From NCBI GenBank assembly GCA_012295275.1, contig CM022677.1:2356001-2420000 (forward strand): a stretch of DNA of 64,000 nucleotides, written 5' to 3'. The position numbers and the translations under genes are program-made. Below, one piece after another: positions 1 through 14,666 of the stretch. A model generated the notes under the pieces. It made no database searches and was not told the origin of the DNA. It saw only the letters and a program-made list of their open reading frames with translations. How positions within the stretch are numbered: the stretch's first letter is position 1; every line of letters starts with the position of its first letter. The DNA is from Chrysomallon squamiferum. Taxonomy: Eukaryota; Animalia; Mollusca.

Positions 1-43
1 AGAAAAGAGAAAAAATGCCAGAGTTAAAGAAAAACAACTTTCG

Positions 44-171
44 ATGCTCTCTGTCGTGGTGAAGACGTTATTAAAGTACGACAGCGACATCGTCTGAAAT
101 GTCGCTACCATTGCAATATCAAAAACCTGCTTCTAATTCTTAAGCCTGCTAAAGAAGAGATTATGCATTTC
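44..171 (+). pseudogene. Partial duplicate of the prolyl 4-hydroxylase alpha retrocopy (ALCRGE...KPAKEEIMHF segment)
   Basis: Near-identical to 333-460 (atgctctctgtcgtggtgaagacgttattaaa...gagattatgcatttc); breaks off into AT-rich and microsatellite sequence. Confidence 0.8.
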
Positions 172-332
172 AGACAATGTTTACTTATCCAAGCTGTTTT
201 TATTTTTATTTGTATTTTTTGTTGTTGTTGTTGTTTCATAGTTTTATGAGTATTTTATTATGTTTATTCTTTATACCAATTGTTTAAGCTTTAACAACAA
301 CAACAACAACAACAACAATAATAATAATAATA

Positions 333-1027
333 ATGCTCTCTGTCGTGGTGAAGACGTTATTAAAATACGACAGACACATCGTCTGAAATGTCGCTAGCAT
401 TACAACAACAAAAATCCACTTTTAATTCTTAAGCCTGCTAAAGAAGAGATTATGCATTTCTCACCAACAATTGTTCTCTATCATGATTTTATCAGTTGAA
501 GACATTAAAACAGTTTCTTTGCCACTTTTACAACCATCTGAAATTAATCACTGTGGAAAAAATATCAAATCTGAGAAAAGAATGAACAAACATACATGTC
601 TAGGAAGAGGTTTCATAGAAGCAGACGCGAGAAGTCAGAAAAGAATTGAAGCAATCACAGGTCTTCAATGAAAGCTTCAGAACCACTTCAGGTGGCAAAC
701 TATGGAATAGGCGGACAGTTCACGGCTCACACTGACTATTTCAACATAGCATATTCTTCCGGTGAAAACAGAATTGCTACGTGGTTAAACTATTTGAGTG
801 ATGTAGAAGGAGGTGCCACAGTGTTTCCTTATCTTGGTGTAAGAATACAACCTAAAGCAGGGTCAGCTATATTTTGGTATAATTTATATCGGAATGGTTC
901 ACCTAACAAAATTACAATTCACGGAACTTGTCCCGTTCTTATTGGCTCTAAATGGGTATCAACTTACAGGATTATTGAAAAAGGGCAAGTATTCAAGCGA
1001 CCATGTTCCACAAATCCAGAAGAATAA
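333..1027 (+). pseudogene. P4HA: Collagen prolyl 4-hydroxylase alpha subunit, C-terminal catalytic half; intronless, probably a processed pseudogene
   Basis: Translates as ALCRGE..LKCR*H..LILKPAKEEI..PTIVLYHDFIS*, then RIEAITGL / SEPLQVANYGIGGQFTAHTD..NRIATWLNYLSDVEGGATVFP..G..P..GSAIFWYNL..G......HGTCPVLIGSKWV..I.EKGQ.F.RPC. This carries the HxD...H...K motifs of the 2OG-Fe(II) dioxygenase. Stops and frameshifts are present, there are no introns, and AATAAA motifs lie at ~1134-1150. Confidence 0.88.
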
Positions 1028-1770
1028 ATGAAATACGATGCAACTTTTAATGTGCGCAGATCCTAGAAAGAGATTTCTTGTTTATTGATTAATTTGTTGT
1101 TTGTAAACATTTTCCAGAGGCATTTATTTAAAATAATAAATAAATAATAAAATATATAGTAAAAGTATTTGTTATTGGATTTTATTGCTTTCTTTTATTT
1201 TTATTTATTTTATTATTATAATTTTTTTTTATCACTACTTTCTTTCTTGGTTAATTCCGCAGTATTTTTCAAAGATGCTTGTTTATGTAAATGGTTGCTC
1301 TCGTTCAAAATATAATAATTACGTCCTCTTGTCTCTCGATTTTCTTCCAGGCCTTAGAATCATTTCAAATGCTACACTTTGCATTTAGACATAAGATACA
1401 ACGACAAACCTATATAAATATGCTTGCTCATTGTAACATCTGTTACACTACTTAATTCTTTGTTCTTGAGATGAAAATTAAAGATTTAACTTGTAAAAGG
1501 GGATATATTTTTAAGGATTGTTTAATTAATTAATTTATTTATTTACTAAAAAATAATAAACAACAACAAAATAATCAAATATGCTGTATGTGAATATTTA
1601 TAATAATTTTTTTTTTTTATATTGTTATTTTCATAGGTCCGTATGTTTAAAATATTAAATTTACCAGTGTCTACTTATTTCAGCCAAACCTCGACAAGTC
1701 TCTTTTGATATGCACAGCAAATTTTTGTTATCAGTAGTCAATAATGGGTTACACTGCTTGTAATAATTAA

Positions 1771-1818
<48 letters not shown>

Positions 1819-1908
1819 CTGTCCATTGTAGATGTAAATTGTCATTACGTATATGATGCGTTAAACAATGAGGTCAACAAAGAAGTACACTTATATTAGA
1901 AACTGGCA

Positions 1909-1912
<4 letters not shown>

Positions 1913-1980
<68 letters not shown>
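1913..1980. repeat. (CT)n microsatellite; one of many (AAT)n, (CA)n, (GA)n and (AT)n tracts in the window
   Basis: Direct reading; others at ~1773-1815, 14378-14430, 20363-20428, 36113-36190, 50494-50553. Confidence 0.95.
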
Positions 1981-1984
<4 letters not shown>

Positions 1985-2275
1985 CACACACATACACAGA
2001 AAACAGCTTATTACTTATTAATTCACTGAGTTAAAATAGACTGTCTTACATTTTTGCTTGTTTTACTGAATTAAAATGTATAACAAAAAAAAAAGTATAA
2101 AATTCACAACACTGAGGTAACATGCGATTCGGTATTTTCCTAATTCATTTTTATTTTACAGAATTATCATAAATGTCAGTACTCGCTGTACATTGCATAA
2201 AGTATCCTCGAACATTTCAGATGGCCGGTTTGTTGTAAGTATACAAACTGTATTGGTTACGTCATGAATATACGA

Positions 2276-2320
<45 letters not shown>

Positions 2321-3162
2321 AATCTGAATGGACTGACGATACAAACAAACTTTCGTACACTGATTATCTTAAAGTGGCAAACAAATTAAATCTTTTGCTG
2401 CTGTTATAGAAAGCAGCTTTTGCAGTTAATGTAAAACTTGGAGGACATGACAGAGGAGTTTAGAGAGGAATATGAAGAAAACGCAGTCGACAGAGACAAC
2501 TGATAGACCATTAACATTTGTAATAATAAACCAAATATTTCAGTTTTATGTTATTTTAATGCTTATAAATCGGCACTGTCTAAAACGGCATACCACGCTG
2601 GTCTCAATGAGTCCGGTTTTAACAGTCCACTGTATTTATTTTTATTGCTTATATTTTAGTTATTTATCACATTTTAGTTATTAATAGATACGTTATGTTT
2701 TTACTGTATATAAACTGATATTCCTTGAACACACCTATACATTTACATTTATTACTCATTATACAGCTATATACGACGTTTCGTTATCAGCGATTTTCTG
2801 TGGTGTGCAATGACGTACACCGTCAACTCCACAAATAGAAAAAAATAAAAATAAATAAAAAATAAATACAAATAGTAGCTGAAGGGAGATAATGGAAATA
2901 ACTTATTAAACACTACGATATAGAATCTTGTCACAAGACTCAACTTTAATTTTTTGAGTAATTTTATTGAGTAATAACTAATACAAATAATAGCAAGTAG
3001 TATTTATAGCTGAGTTTTGTAAAATAGCTTACAATATAAATCACTTTCTCACACAAACACACACACACAAGCGTTTTAACGTAACAAGAGCAGTAACAAC
3101 AACTTATACATGTACGTATGTATTTTATTTTTAAATATTTAGTTTATTATCATTATTTGTGA

Positions 3163-3196
<34 letters not shown>

Positions 3197-3330
3197 TTCA
3201 TTATCGATCATTTTTTCATTAATTAGCTTTAGGAATGATAAAACAGACTGAATCACAAAAATTCAAAAATAACCTGTTTTAATTTAGTTGCAAAATGTAA
3301 TAATTTAAAATTATTTCTTTTCTTTCCCAG

Positions 3331-6300
3331 CTAGACCAGGCGGCCTTGACCTCTCTGAAATGGGAGATAATCGAGCTGAACAACAGGTTGGCACAAGTAA
3401 CAGCCGAAAGAGATCAGTTAGAAAAATAACTGACTAAATTAATTTTTTTTAATTTTTATACACCTTCAAATTCATAAAAAAAAAATGTCTTGTGATTTTG
3501 AATACTAAGAGAATTTAATCTGTATATTTTAACTTTACTAATACACAGTTATATCCAAAAACCATTCAAAACTTGAAATATTTTAGTGATTCTAAATATT
3601 TTGACATTTTATTATTTTTTAATTTACAAGTTTACTAATATACATATATAAATATATAATGTTTCTAATGTGATTTTAAATATTATTTTTTTATTTTATT
3701 TTATTTTATAATAGCATATTGCATTCTTATTGTATAAAAGGATGTATATACCGTTAATAAATATTTTTCTTTTATTATTATTATTAGTTTATTTTGATTT
3801 TATATTTGCATTAATAAATAATGTTCTTATCCTGTATTTTTAATAATTATTTTATTTGTTTATTATGAAATCTGATTGTTTGTTGTCACTAAGACTGAGA
3901 AGATTCACAGTCAGAAAGACTTTGATGACAGAGTTGACCAGACGGCGGCACGCTACGAGGAACGCGTCACTGAACTTCACAGCGTCATTGCAGAGCTGAT
4001 GAAGAAAACAGACACCAGATTAATGTCAGGTCAGTAGTCTTTATTAAATAATATATAGTGTGAGCTTGCTGTTCTTCCCTGCTTTTAATGAATGATAAAA
4101 ACAATAATATAATATATCTGGACACATAATGAAAAATAGTTTTGGATCGTCATTATATATTGTAAAATAATACCATTTGTTTTTCACTGTTTTTAATGGA
4201 CAAGAAAAGATCCCTGAAAACCTGAAATTCCAGAAATATGTGAAGACATTTAACCATTGTTTTCTTTCATTGTATGAGTCAAGTCAATCATTCTTCAGAT
4301 GTAAAACAACACCATTAGCTTGCTGTTCTTCTCTGTGTTTAATGAAAGACTAAGAAATAATTTCTAGGAATTTGTTGAAAATACCAAATTCCAGAAAGTG
4401 TAAAGACATTTGAACGTTTTTTTTCTTTTTTCTTTTCATTTCTGTATAGAGAAGAAGATGATCGGACAAAAGCGATGATGGAGGAAGTATCAACGAGAAT
4501 AATGCAAATGGCTCCCAGTCTGCGAGACCTGGTAATCATTTACTTTTATATATTTTTTTTTTTTTTTTTGACTGTACAGTTTTAGCTGTTTTAGATAGAT
4601 GTCCAATTGTTTTAAAAGTTTATTAATTTTAATTTTAATTTATTATATAAATAGCAATTTATTATATAATACGTACACATTAAAACTGAGAATAATAACA
4701 AACGTTTATTTATTTTTTTTTTTTTTTAATTGTTGTTTCTTTTAGAAATAGGTAATGAAATAAATGCAAAATTTTCCCGTGTTGTCACAGAACTGGAGTC
4801 AGCCATTGCAGAAAGAAAATACTTTCCTCTCCACGATGTTGATTGCAACGACGTTCAACGTATCAGAGAAGACGTAGAAAAAGACAACGATGAATGTCAG
4901 AAGAACAGATAGGCAGACAGAAAATAGAACTTGCACAGCTATGTAGCCATATTGAATATATTACCGATGACAGAGAGAAGTTGAGAAGAAAGGTAACTCC
5001 GCAAAAATATTAAAATAATTATATTTACATTTTTATTTGTAGGTAGAATTGAAACACAAAACTTAATTATAGAGATTGCTTTTTCCTTCAGTAATATAGT
5101 ATGGCTTGTGTTAATAATTTCTGCATTGTCCTTTTTATGAAAGAGTAACAGTTAAATTGTTAGTAACTGCATGAAATTGTTATATTCATAAAAAAAAGTA
5201 CTGTAAAGTTGTTAGTAAATACACGATTTTAAAAGTTTATAGCAAAAATAGTTAAAGGATAAATTATTACATTTTTGTTTACTGCTGAAAGAGTTACATA
5301 ATAAATTGTTGCATTTTTGTTATAGTTGAAAGAGTTACAGGATAAATTGTTTTATTTTATTACAGTTGAAAAATCTAGAGGATAAACTGTTACATTTTGT
5401 TACAGTTGAAACTTACAGTTGACACAGAATAAACTGTTACATTTTGTTAAAATTGAAAGTTAGAGGAAAATTATTACATTTTTGTTACAGTTGTACTTTA
5501 TTGGAATCTATTTTTATACCTTTGTTATTTCTTTTATTACCCAAAATGGACTTATAAGTAAAAAAAACATAGTTTTGCATCTAACTTGGGTTTTTTTCTT
5601 ACTAAGATAAATTTAGATTTTGTAGTTTATTAAAGTCTATGCTGTAATTAACTGGACTTTGCATTAACTCTCTTTCTAAAAGTATTTTACCTAACTTACA
5701 AAATTATAAATTTCAAGTTGATTAACTGACTTTTCCATGACTAGTGATAATCTTTACCAAACCAACTTTTCATTTTGAATTGTCCAGCATGTCCAGTTCT
5801 ACGGCCAGCTCAGTGGACACTGACTTCACCAAACTCGATGAACAGAGACTGTGTGAGTACATTCAGTCACTGAAGAATGACAAGGCAGCAGTCAGAATGA
5901 CCGTCATGGACATGGAGAGTTTACACTTTGATCATCTGCTTGACAAACCCAAGAAAACTCCAGAAGCTCAAAGACTGGATTTGGAAAATGCTGTGTTAAT
6001 GCAGGAGCTGATGGCTATGAAGGGCAGTCTTATGAAATGTAGCCCTAACCAAGCATCTGACCTTCTTTGGGAAGGAAAAAAAATCAAACAGGCTAATCAA
6101 ACAGGCTAATCAAACAGGCATTCTTAATTTTGTTAACTTAGTAATGAAAATCGTGTTTCAGTTTTTTACTGTTATATTAACTTGCATTTACTTGTACTTT
6201 TTCTTTATTTTTTTCTTTATTTTTTTATTAATGGCAGTTTGGTCTTTGTGTCTTATTCCATTTGTATTAAATCATTTTCTGAATTCTAGGCAGACTGAAT

Positions 6301-7543
6301 ATATACACTCTGTCATTATATTGTTTCACAGGAAGAGAATGGTTGGACTTTGTCATTTACACCTGAATTGTTTTTCAGGAGGAGAAGGCAGAGCTGAAGG
6401 CTCAGAACTACTTGATGGAGAAGGAGAAGAGAGCTCTGGAGTTGAGACTGAGTGGTAAGGAGTCACAGGAGCAGGCCTACAGAGTACAGATAGAGCACCA
6501 GCAGAGACTGGGCAGAGACGGCAAACACAAACATGTGATTATCTCTGTTTTACCTATCACTTTATCTCTTCTAGCTAGACTAGCAGGTATATAAACAGTG
6601 GAAACACACATAGTAGATACATTTCACATTATTGATTTTATTATTTGTGTGTTTTAAACGTTGATTTAAACAGAGAAAAAATTAAATAATAATAACCAAC
6701 TTCATATACTGTCTACTGATTTTATTATGTATGTATGCTAAAACACTGATTTGTCATATAAACACATCTAAATAATAATAATAACTTACTTGATAGACAG
6801 TCTATTTATTTTATTAAGTGAGTATTCTAAATGTATTGACTTGTTCATATAAACACAGAAAACTAAAGAATAACTTACTATTATAATGTCATTGATTCTG
6901 TGTGTCATAACTATTGATGCTGTATTCACAGTTCTTTATTATAATTTTAAACAGTATGTTTTCTAAGAATACTGAGTGTAACAGAAATGTAATAATAAAA
7001 TAATGATAGGTTGTCATAACATTGATTTTGTATGCCATAACTTCTGAACTTGTTCTTTTAAAATAATAATGAATTCAAAACCTTTGTAATTATTAAAATT
7101 TTAAATGTTTTAAATCTTGATTCATCATTTAATCATTTTAATTTTATTAGGTAACTGAGTTTCAATCATTTATCATCATGATGAAGAAGATAATTGTTTA
7201 TGGTTTATACAATTTTAATTTAATTATTATAATCAAATTTTAATTGTATATCATAATGATAAGGATGATAATCTGATAGCTTTCATAATTACTAAAAAAT
7301 TTAAATGAATAATCATTTATCATCAGGATGATGAAGATGATGAGCTGACAGTGCCAGCTATCTGTGACTTGAGATTGAATGATGTGATGGAGATAGCTAA
7401 GGACCTGTGTGAGTCACTCAGAAGAGAAAAAACAAATTCAGAGTACAAGAGTTAGTGGCTGCTCTAGAGAAAATCTCTAAAAACTCAGAAATCAGACATC
7501 AGCAGTCAGCAGAGTTTGTCAATGACCTGAAACGAGCTAACAG
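3331..7543 (+). pseudogene. MCC: MCC (mutated in colorectal cancer / USHBP1 family) multi-exon pseudogene; exons ~3331-3426, 3894-4029, 4450-4531, 4746-4992, 5789-6021, 6379-6520, 7328-7543
   Basis: Diagnostic MCC peptides: RYEERVTELHSVIAEL; SSTASSVDTDFTKLDEQRL.EYIQ.LKNDKAAV; QRLDLENAVLMQELMAMK|EEKAELKAQNYLMEKEKRALEL.LSGKESQEQAY.VQIEH; RVQELVAALEKISKNSEIRHQQSAEFVNDLKRAN. Most exons have AG/GT borders. There are frameshifts and stops, a probable donor mutated to GG at ~6022, and the central exons appear missing. Confidence 0.88.
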
Positions 7544-8348
7544 GTAAACATACAGGTGTATGTGTGCACGTCACACATATCTACATATATGCATACATAC
7601 ACACTTGCTCATGCAAACACGTATACAAATTTCAAACATAAGTTCAAATTATATTTAGAGACATTTTAATACTAAACTTATTATTATAACCTATAATGTC
7701 ATTGATTTCCTTTTTATTGGTGTACAAATGTTTGCATTACATATATACTTACCCAAGCAAATACACATACAAACATTTTCAAACATTCATATGATATTTA
7801 GAAACATTTTAATACTAAGCTTATTATATGAATGTTATAAATCTGCCATTGATTTTATTTTTTCCTTTTTACTGCATTTTTTGCAAGAATTTTTGTTTAG
7901 TATTAAAATCACTTTTACTGGTATTGTTCTTATTAACATTTATATATTTTTAATATAAATTACATATCTAATTTTATTTTCTGCTTTTGCTGATAGCTGT
8001 TAGTATTTCTGTAACATGATTGAGGTATCTAATATTACATATCTTTATTTCACTTTATTTTTTGTTCTATAATGTCTTTATTATCATTAGTATTTTTGTT
8101 AAATAAATAATTTAATTTTACATCTTATTATTTCACTTTATTTCATAAATCACTAATATCATTTTACTTTTTTAAACCAAATTTACATAATAGTTATATA
8201 GCTTTTTAATTTTACTTTGATATCATTAGTATTTTTGTAACATAAAATATATTATAATTTTATATTTCTTTATATTTTACTTATATTTTGACTGATTATA
8301 CATACCTATAAAGTAAATTCAGCAATACGTAACCAAACGAAGCTATCA

Positions 8349-8548
8349 NNNNNNNNNNNNNNNNNNNNNNNNNNNNNNNNNNNNNNNNNNNNNNNNNNNN
8401 NNNNNNNNNNNNNNNNNNNNNNNNNNNNNNNNNNNNNNNNNNNNNNNNNNNNNNNNNNNNNNNNNNNNNNNNNNNNNNNNNNNNNNNNNNNNNNNNNNNN
8501 NNNNNNNNNNNNNNNNNNNNNNNNNNNNNNNNNNNNNNNNNNNNNNNN
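8349..8548. other. Assembly gap (200 N)
   Basis: Run of exactly 200 n. Confidence 0.99.
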
Positions 8549-10479
8549 CTGTATTTCTTTATACTAATATTATTATAATTACTACAACAACAACTATGAC
8601 TACTGTTACTACTACTATCATTGCTGTTACACTACTCTTCTTGTTTATCATAACAATTTCTCTAAAATCAACTACTATTAGTACTGCTACTACTACTACT
8701 ACCACCACCACTACAACCTGTAATTTGAGTACAAACAGCTTATTTTAATCACCATGAGTCTCACCAGACACATTACTATTACAAAGCTATGGAGACAACA
8801 TCATCAGTTAAAACATCACCATGATCAATTCTATACAAGTAGTATTATTATTGCTGTAACAACTACATTACTACAACAATGGCAATGACTAATACTACTA
8901 CTATAACAACAACCTCTATAGATCCTCCTGTTCTGCCATATTCTTTGATGACATTTCTACCCTGTGGTGATTCACTAAATTAGCTGTTCTTGTGGACAGA
9001 GCAGTTTCTGAAAAACAACAGTCTTTTTTTTATTTACCTTTGTAGTTATATATGCATCTGTCAGAGAGAGAGAGAGAGAGAGAGAGAGCAAAATATTTAT
9101 ATCAAAGCCCCAAAAAGAAAACCAGACCTAATATTATATGAATTATGTTGATTAACTAGTTATTAAGATTCATATATTTTAAAATTACCACCTGATTCAT
9201 TATTTTACTTACAAAAATTGTGTTATTAAACCAGCCACGAAAATTGAGAGACTGTGGTCAACATAAATATAGACAACAGCTACAGTACATCCATCTCCAG
9301 TGTATTTTAGTGTGTCTGTCATCACAGGAACAGTGACGCTGTGTGAAGGCTGGCAGTTCCATCTGGTAACAGGAAAGTAAAATATTTTAAAATAATGTTC
9401 TTTTTTTAATGAGGTTTATATGAAAGGAAGTGTTGTGTATGTGTGATGTGCGTGTGTGTGTGTGTTTGAGAGAGAGAAAGAGAGAGAGACAGAGAGAGTG
9501 AGATAGAGAGAGAGAAAAAAAACATCCAGTTATTATACAAGATTCTAATGTATGTTACAAACTCAAATTCACTGTTCAGTTTTGTTTCTCTCTTTTCCAG
9601 TGGCAGCAGTACAAACTTGTTCCTCAGTGCTGGACAGCATCTTCTACTGAAACAACTTCACTAGCCACATCAATCAGAGCTGTATCAGAAAAAAAAAATA
9701 CAAATAAAATAATAAAAATAATAAATGTTATAAATAAATAACTAATGTTTCTGTTATTATTAAAATTTAAATTTTAGTGGTACCAGTTACAGGATTATTC
9801 AGACAAAAACAGGTGTGGGATATTTTTGATATATTTTGTATAATCATTATAATGATAATGATGGTAATATTAATAATTTAAATAATTAACAAAACAATAG
9901 AAAATAAATGATTATCATTATGCTATTATTTTACAATCACTAAAGAGATGTACTATAAAACTTATTTTACTTGCTGAGAAATAAAACTAAGATAAAAAAA
10001 CTTACAGCTTGGAATTGTGCAGTCTGCAGTGTCTGTACAGCTGATTCATCCTTCTCCATAAACGTAAATTCCCTTTCTAGACAGCAACTGAACAATACTG
10101 CCATGACCTACATAAAATATTTAACATGAATGGTAAACAAAGCTTTTGGTAATTCCAACATGAACATGATACTTTATTATCTTTTTTTTTATGATAAATG
10201 GTATTTTTTGGCAATATTATCATTCATGCAATATTTCTCCCTCTCTCTCTCACACACACACAAACCATCCAAAAACATACCCTGCCACTGTTGAGAGGTT
10301 TCTGAAAACATTCTAACACAGGCCTGACATTACCTGACACCAGACCGTTGCTTGGATGATGTTTCAATACTCTCTTGTATCCCTTCTCTGGAAAATGGCC
10401 TGGATTTGTGTGATGCTGATGCAGGGTCTCTACATTTCATGATGCACTGGCACAGATGAGAACAGCCTAACAAAACAAA

Positions 10480-12692
10480 TCAGGAAAATATTTTTATAAA
10501 ACTTAGGGAACCACTAAGCTGTCGCTGGTGGGTTGATTTTTTATTTTTTAAATAGTTTTTGATTTGTTTAGCAGCTCTGTGCACCAAGGTTGTTTTACCA
10601 CCTACACTTCTGTTCACTTGTTTTGCCTTGTGGTTCAACTTGAGCCTTTTGGCTTTTTGTTCAAGCTCCAGCTTAGCTTGTTCAAACTTGTTCTTGTACC
10701 TAGCAACAACAGTTTTAGTGTAAACCATGCAGGATTCTGAGAATGTCATCGGGATGGAATGCCTGGATGGAGCTGGTATGCCTGGCAGAAAATCATATCA
10801 GACACTCTGCATTGCAGAGTAGCTGGCCATTTCTAAAAGGGTTTGACTTCTTTTTGACAATGTCATTCATCTGACTGAACGATTGTTCAATATGGGGTCC
10901 TGTAAAAATGCTTAGACATGCCTTGACTACTTTAGCCAATATGGGATACCTCCCAAGCATTTTAACCCACCAATGGTCTAACTGAACAGGCTTTCCATCA
11001 ACTTCTGCTGGTGGTAGGTCTTGATCTACTTGCAAATGAGATGCCTCCAACACAGTGGGCATGAAGTCCTTCAATTTTGTCAATGCACCACATGCCATGG
11101 ATTGTCCCTGAATTTTCCAATACATTCTCCAAGTGGAGCTTCTGCTGCATGTATTTAGAGGAGACTGTAAGTGTTTTCTTCTCTGTTTCCATGAATTCAA
11201 CAGCCTCCTTTCTTTGGATAGGTTTCTTCTTCACTTCATCAACAATGGACTGTGTGGCTGATCCAGTGAATATGGACTGGATGGGAAGGTGATTTGCCTC
11301 ATCTTCTACATCAATTCTCTTCAACTGTTTGAAATTAGTATCTCTGAGGACCTCATGCCACAGGAAACATGCTAAGAAGTGATGGAAGAGGTGAACCATC
11401 TCATCATGTAACCTATGTATCATCCGTTGCTTTAGTTCAAACATGAGGATCATAGATTTGAACATGGGCAGTAGGGCTGAGTATAAATTTAAGTTCACAT
11501 TTGTTCGTATTTATAGAGTACCCTGGTCACAATTCTTTCCTTGTGGCTTTTTCCAACCTGTTTCATCTTCTTGTGCTTCATATTGTTTATGATGCTATAG
11601 ATCCTTTCATGGAGACTTTTGAAAGGAGTTTTGCAACAACTGGGGTGTAAGCACGTTTCAGACCACCACTGGTAGGTACTCAGTCAAAATAGATGAATCG
11701 GAATGCATTCAGCATTGGCAAGTTCTTTGTCATATACACATAGCCACTGATGTGCAACTTATTCGGCAAGCATTGTGTAGCTTATTCCAAGAATGAAGCA
11801 TACCTCTTGGAATGACTCACGTATATCTGGGCTCCACTTAAAATCCATGTGCAAGTCATTCAACTACATGCCCAAGATGAACACAGAATTTCTGAACACT
11901 GTTGTGTATGTGGTGACAGATATCACCATCAATGTCACACAGATGGGGAACCTTTTCTCTCAACAGGGTTTCAATTCCGGCATGTTTTCCTCTCATATAA
12001 TTTGTAGAATGTGACAAATTGGATATTAGGTTTGTTAGTGGAATTTGGTACCTCTCAAAAGTTTTCAAGACAAAATCCAGAAGTTTCTGAGAATTCACAA
12101 CTGTCATGTCTTCAGACTCGAAGTGTTCGACTACAGCCTCTTGCTGTGACTCAAAGAAGTAGCTAACTAATGTAGAGAGCACTTTTTTGTTGTTGTCCAT
12201 GTTCATCGAAAAGAAACTTTGTTTAAAGTCATTGAGTAGGCAATTGTGACACAAAGTACCAAGTCCTTCACGCTTGCATGATAGGGCATCCATTGCCTTT
12301 TTACCTCTAGCAATTTCTTTAGCATATTCTATCATTTTGGGGACCATGCACAGTGGCATGGAATTCTGAGTAAATGACAACTTAAAGGCCTCCAGGTGAG
12401 TTTTCCAATCAGTTACACTGAGCAAAGGTGCAGGCCTTGGCAGCACAGGATTTGAAACTGCCTTAGCACTGCCACAGTTTTGGGGAGCACCATATGGAAT
12501 TGCAGCAGTTTCCTGCCGAACATGAATGTCAATGTCCATATCACCATCTTCCATTGCCTGTGTCAACATGCAATGTGGAATGTGAGGAGTGTCCTGCCTG
12601 GCATTCTGAATATCAATATGCTTCATTTCTTTGTGTGTGCTTTTAGGTCGGCTTTGCCACTGCTCGACAGAACTCAGACCTCGTACATTCAT
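10480..12692 (-). mobile_element. hAT-superfamily-like DDE transposase pseudogene (frameshifted across ORFs 11856-12692, 10998-11498, 10793-11200 and 10480-10749)
   Basis: Motifs: FSMNMD..KKVLSTLVSYF (first catalytic D region), LISNLSHSTNYMRG (second D position, here H), DIDGDICHHIHN (CxxH), and a dimerisation-like segment LDHWW..MLGRYPILAKVVKACLSIFTGPHIEQSFS.M. TIRs were not located. Confidence 0.75.
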
Positions 12693-13587
12693 AGGTTTAT
12701 ACTGTATGAATTTAACATGTTGTAATACATATATGTTTGATGAAACAAATAATGTCAGCCAGGTACATTATCCATAGATACAGAGGTAAATAGTTTTGGA
12801 TGTCTTAGTATTAGTCATATTATCTGCATAAGACACCTGCTTCAAAAAAGAATCATTTTAGTAATGTTTTGTGCATGGAGATTGTACAGTGTATTAATAT
12901 CTTTTGTGTGTTTGTGTGTGTGTTAAATATTTATTATAACAAATAATTTTATTAATATTTTACTGTATCTGCATATCAAAATAACCTGGTCATATTTTTT
13001 TTTTAATATTTATTCAAATTTATTAGTTTTTGATGTTAACAGAGTTATACAGTTATTTAGCTTTAATAATATGAAAGCATTTAGGGCCCCACCTATTATA
13101 ACCTTTAATATGGTTAAAAAATATTTTAAATATGTTTAATAATATATAGAGCAAGTCAGCAATTTAACATAAATCTTTAAAAATACTAAATCATAAATAA
13201 CCTGGCAGAAAACAACCTGTCAAAGAAAATTGGCATATTTTTTAAAACTGTTTTATTAATCATGATTTCTTGTTTATATGATGTTGTGTATGCTGTTCAC
13301 ATTAGTACAACCACTGGTGAATTTTATTTATAATCGAGAGTCGTTATTTGAAAAAAATATATAATAAATAAATAAATAAATAATTATTGTTCCCGAATAA
13401 GATGGCTGCCATCATGTGGTATGACTTTTAAATCATAATTAAATAAAACCAAAAAATCCAAACACTTTAACAACAATAATAATAAATAGTAATACCTGTC
13501 TCCTGAAATGTTTTAAGCAACTTCTTTGTTGGTTGATAATGCGATTACATCAATTCTGAATAAAATTCTTCAAACGTCAAATACAAA

Positions 13588-13970
13588 AGTAAATCCGTAA
13601 TGACCGGCAATCATCCCGCATTTTTCCGAAACTAATAAAATGAAAAAAAAAAAAAAAAAAAGTTCAAATCAAATGAAATAAATAAAGGAACAAAATAACC
13701 TTTATCAAATATACGTACTAATTATAAATCGATATTATTTTTTTTTTTTATTATATTTATTTTTTATTATTTTACGGGGTTTTTTTTTTTTTTTTTTTTT
13801 TCCTCTCTCATTATTAGCCAATCGTAAATCCGTAAACACCGGCAATTATCCCGCATTTTTCTGCAACTACTATACAAAAAAAAAAAAAAAAAAAAAAAAA
13901 AGAACAAATAAAATAAATAAAGGAACATAAACCTTTAGTAACATATACGTACTAATTATAAATCGATATG
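13588..13970 (+). repeat. Local tandem duplication of a ~235-bp unit (gtaaatccgtaa..accggcaat.atcccgcattttt...atatacgtactaattataaatcgata)
   Basis: Two similar copies start at ~13588 and ~13824; a reverse-complement homologue lies at ~34340-34530. Confidence 0.75.
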
Positions 13971-14372
13971 GTTCTTTTTTCAAATAAACGGTGTTGTTAT
14001 TTTTTTTTTCACCCTATTTTTTCTGTCTTCTTCTTCTTAATTTATGTTAATGCACCACATAAAATCAAAATGCTTAGAACTCACACTACAATAAGTTGCT
14101 AATTATTGTCCAGGAATTTACCAAGGTTTTATATAGGTCTGAAAACATTGTCTGAAAAAAAAAAAAAATGAATAAATTAAAATAAATTAAAATTTACAAG
14201 TATGGCAACTCAGAGAGATTGGAAATAAATAATCATTTTCCTTTGTTTTATCTGCATTGCATTTTAAACTGTGTAGTCTGTGTAAGATATCGCATATATG
14301 CGTTAAAACAACAAATAATCCCATCAAACAATTCATAATGGCACTACATTTAAAGTTTATTTCTCTTATAAC

Positions 14373-14432
<60 letters not shown>

Positions 14433-14629
14433 TCAATGTTTGAATCTATTCTATCATCTATTATCAATAACAAAGTAGAAAATAATCAAATGAAGGGTGT
14501 ATTCACCTTTTTGGGTGTCTTGTCCTGGAGTGCTGAAATGTTAAATAAAAATATATGAAAGTAAATATGTTTTAATATATTTCAGAAATTTCCATTGTTC
14601 TGTGGTAACATTTCTTTTGATTATTAATA

Positions 14630-14666
<37 letters not shown>

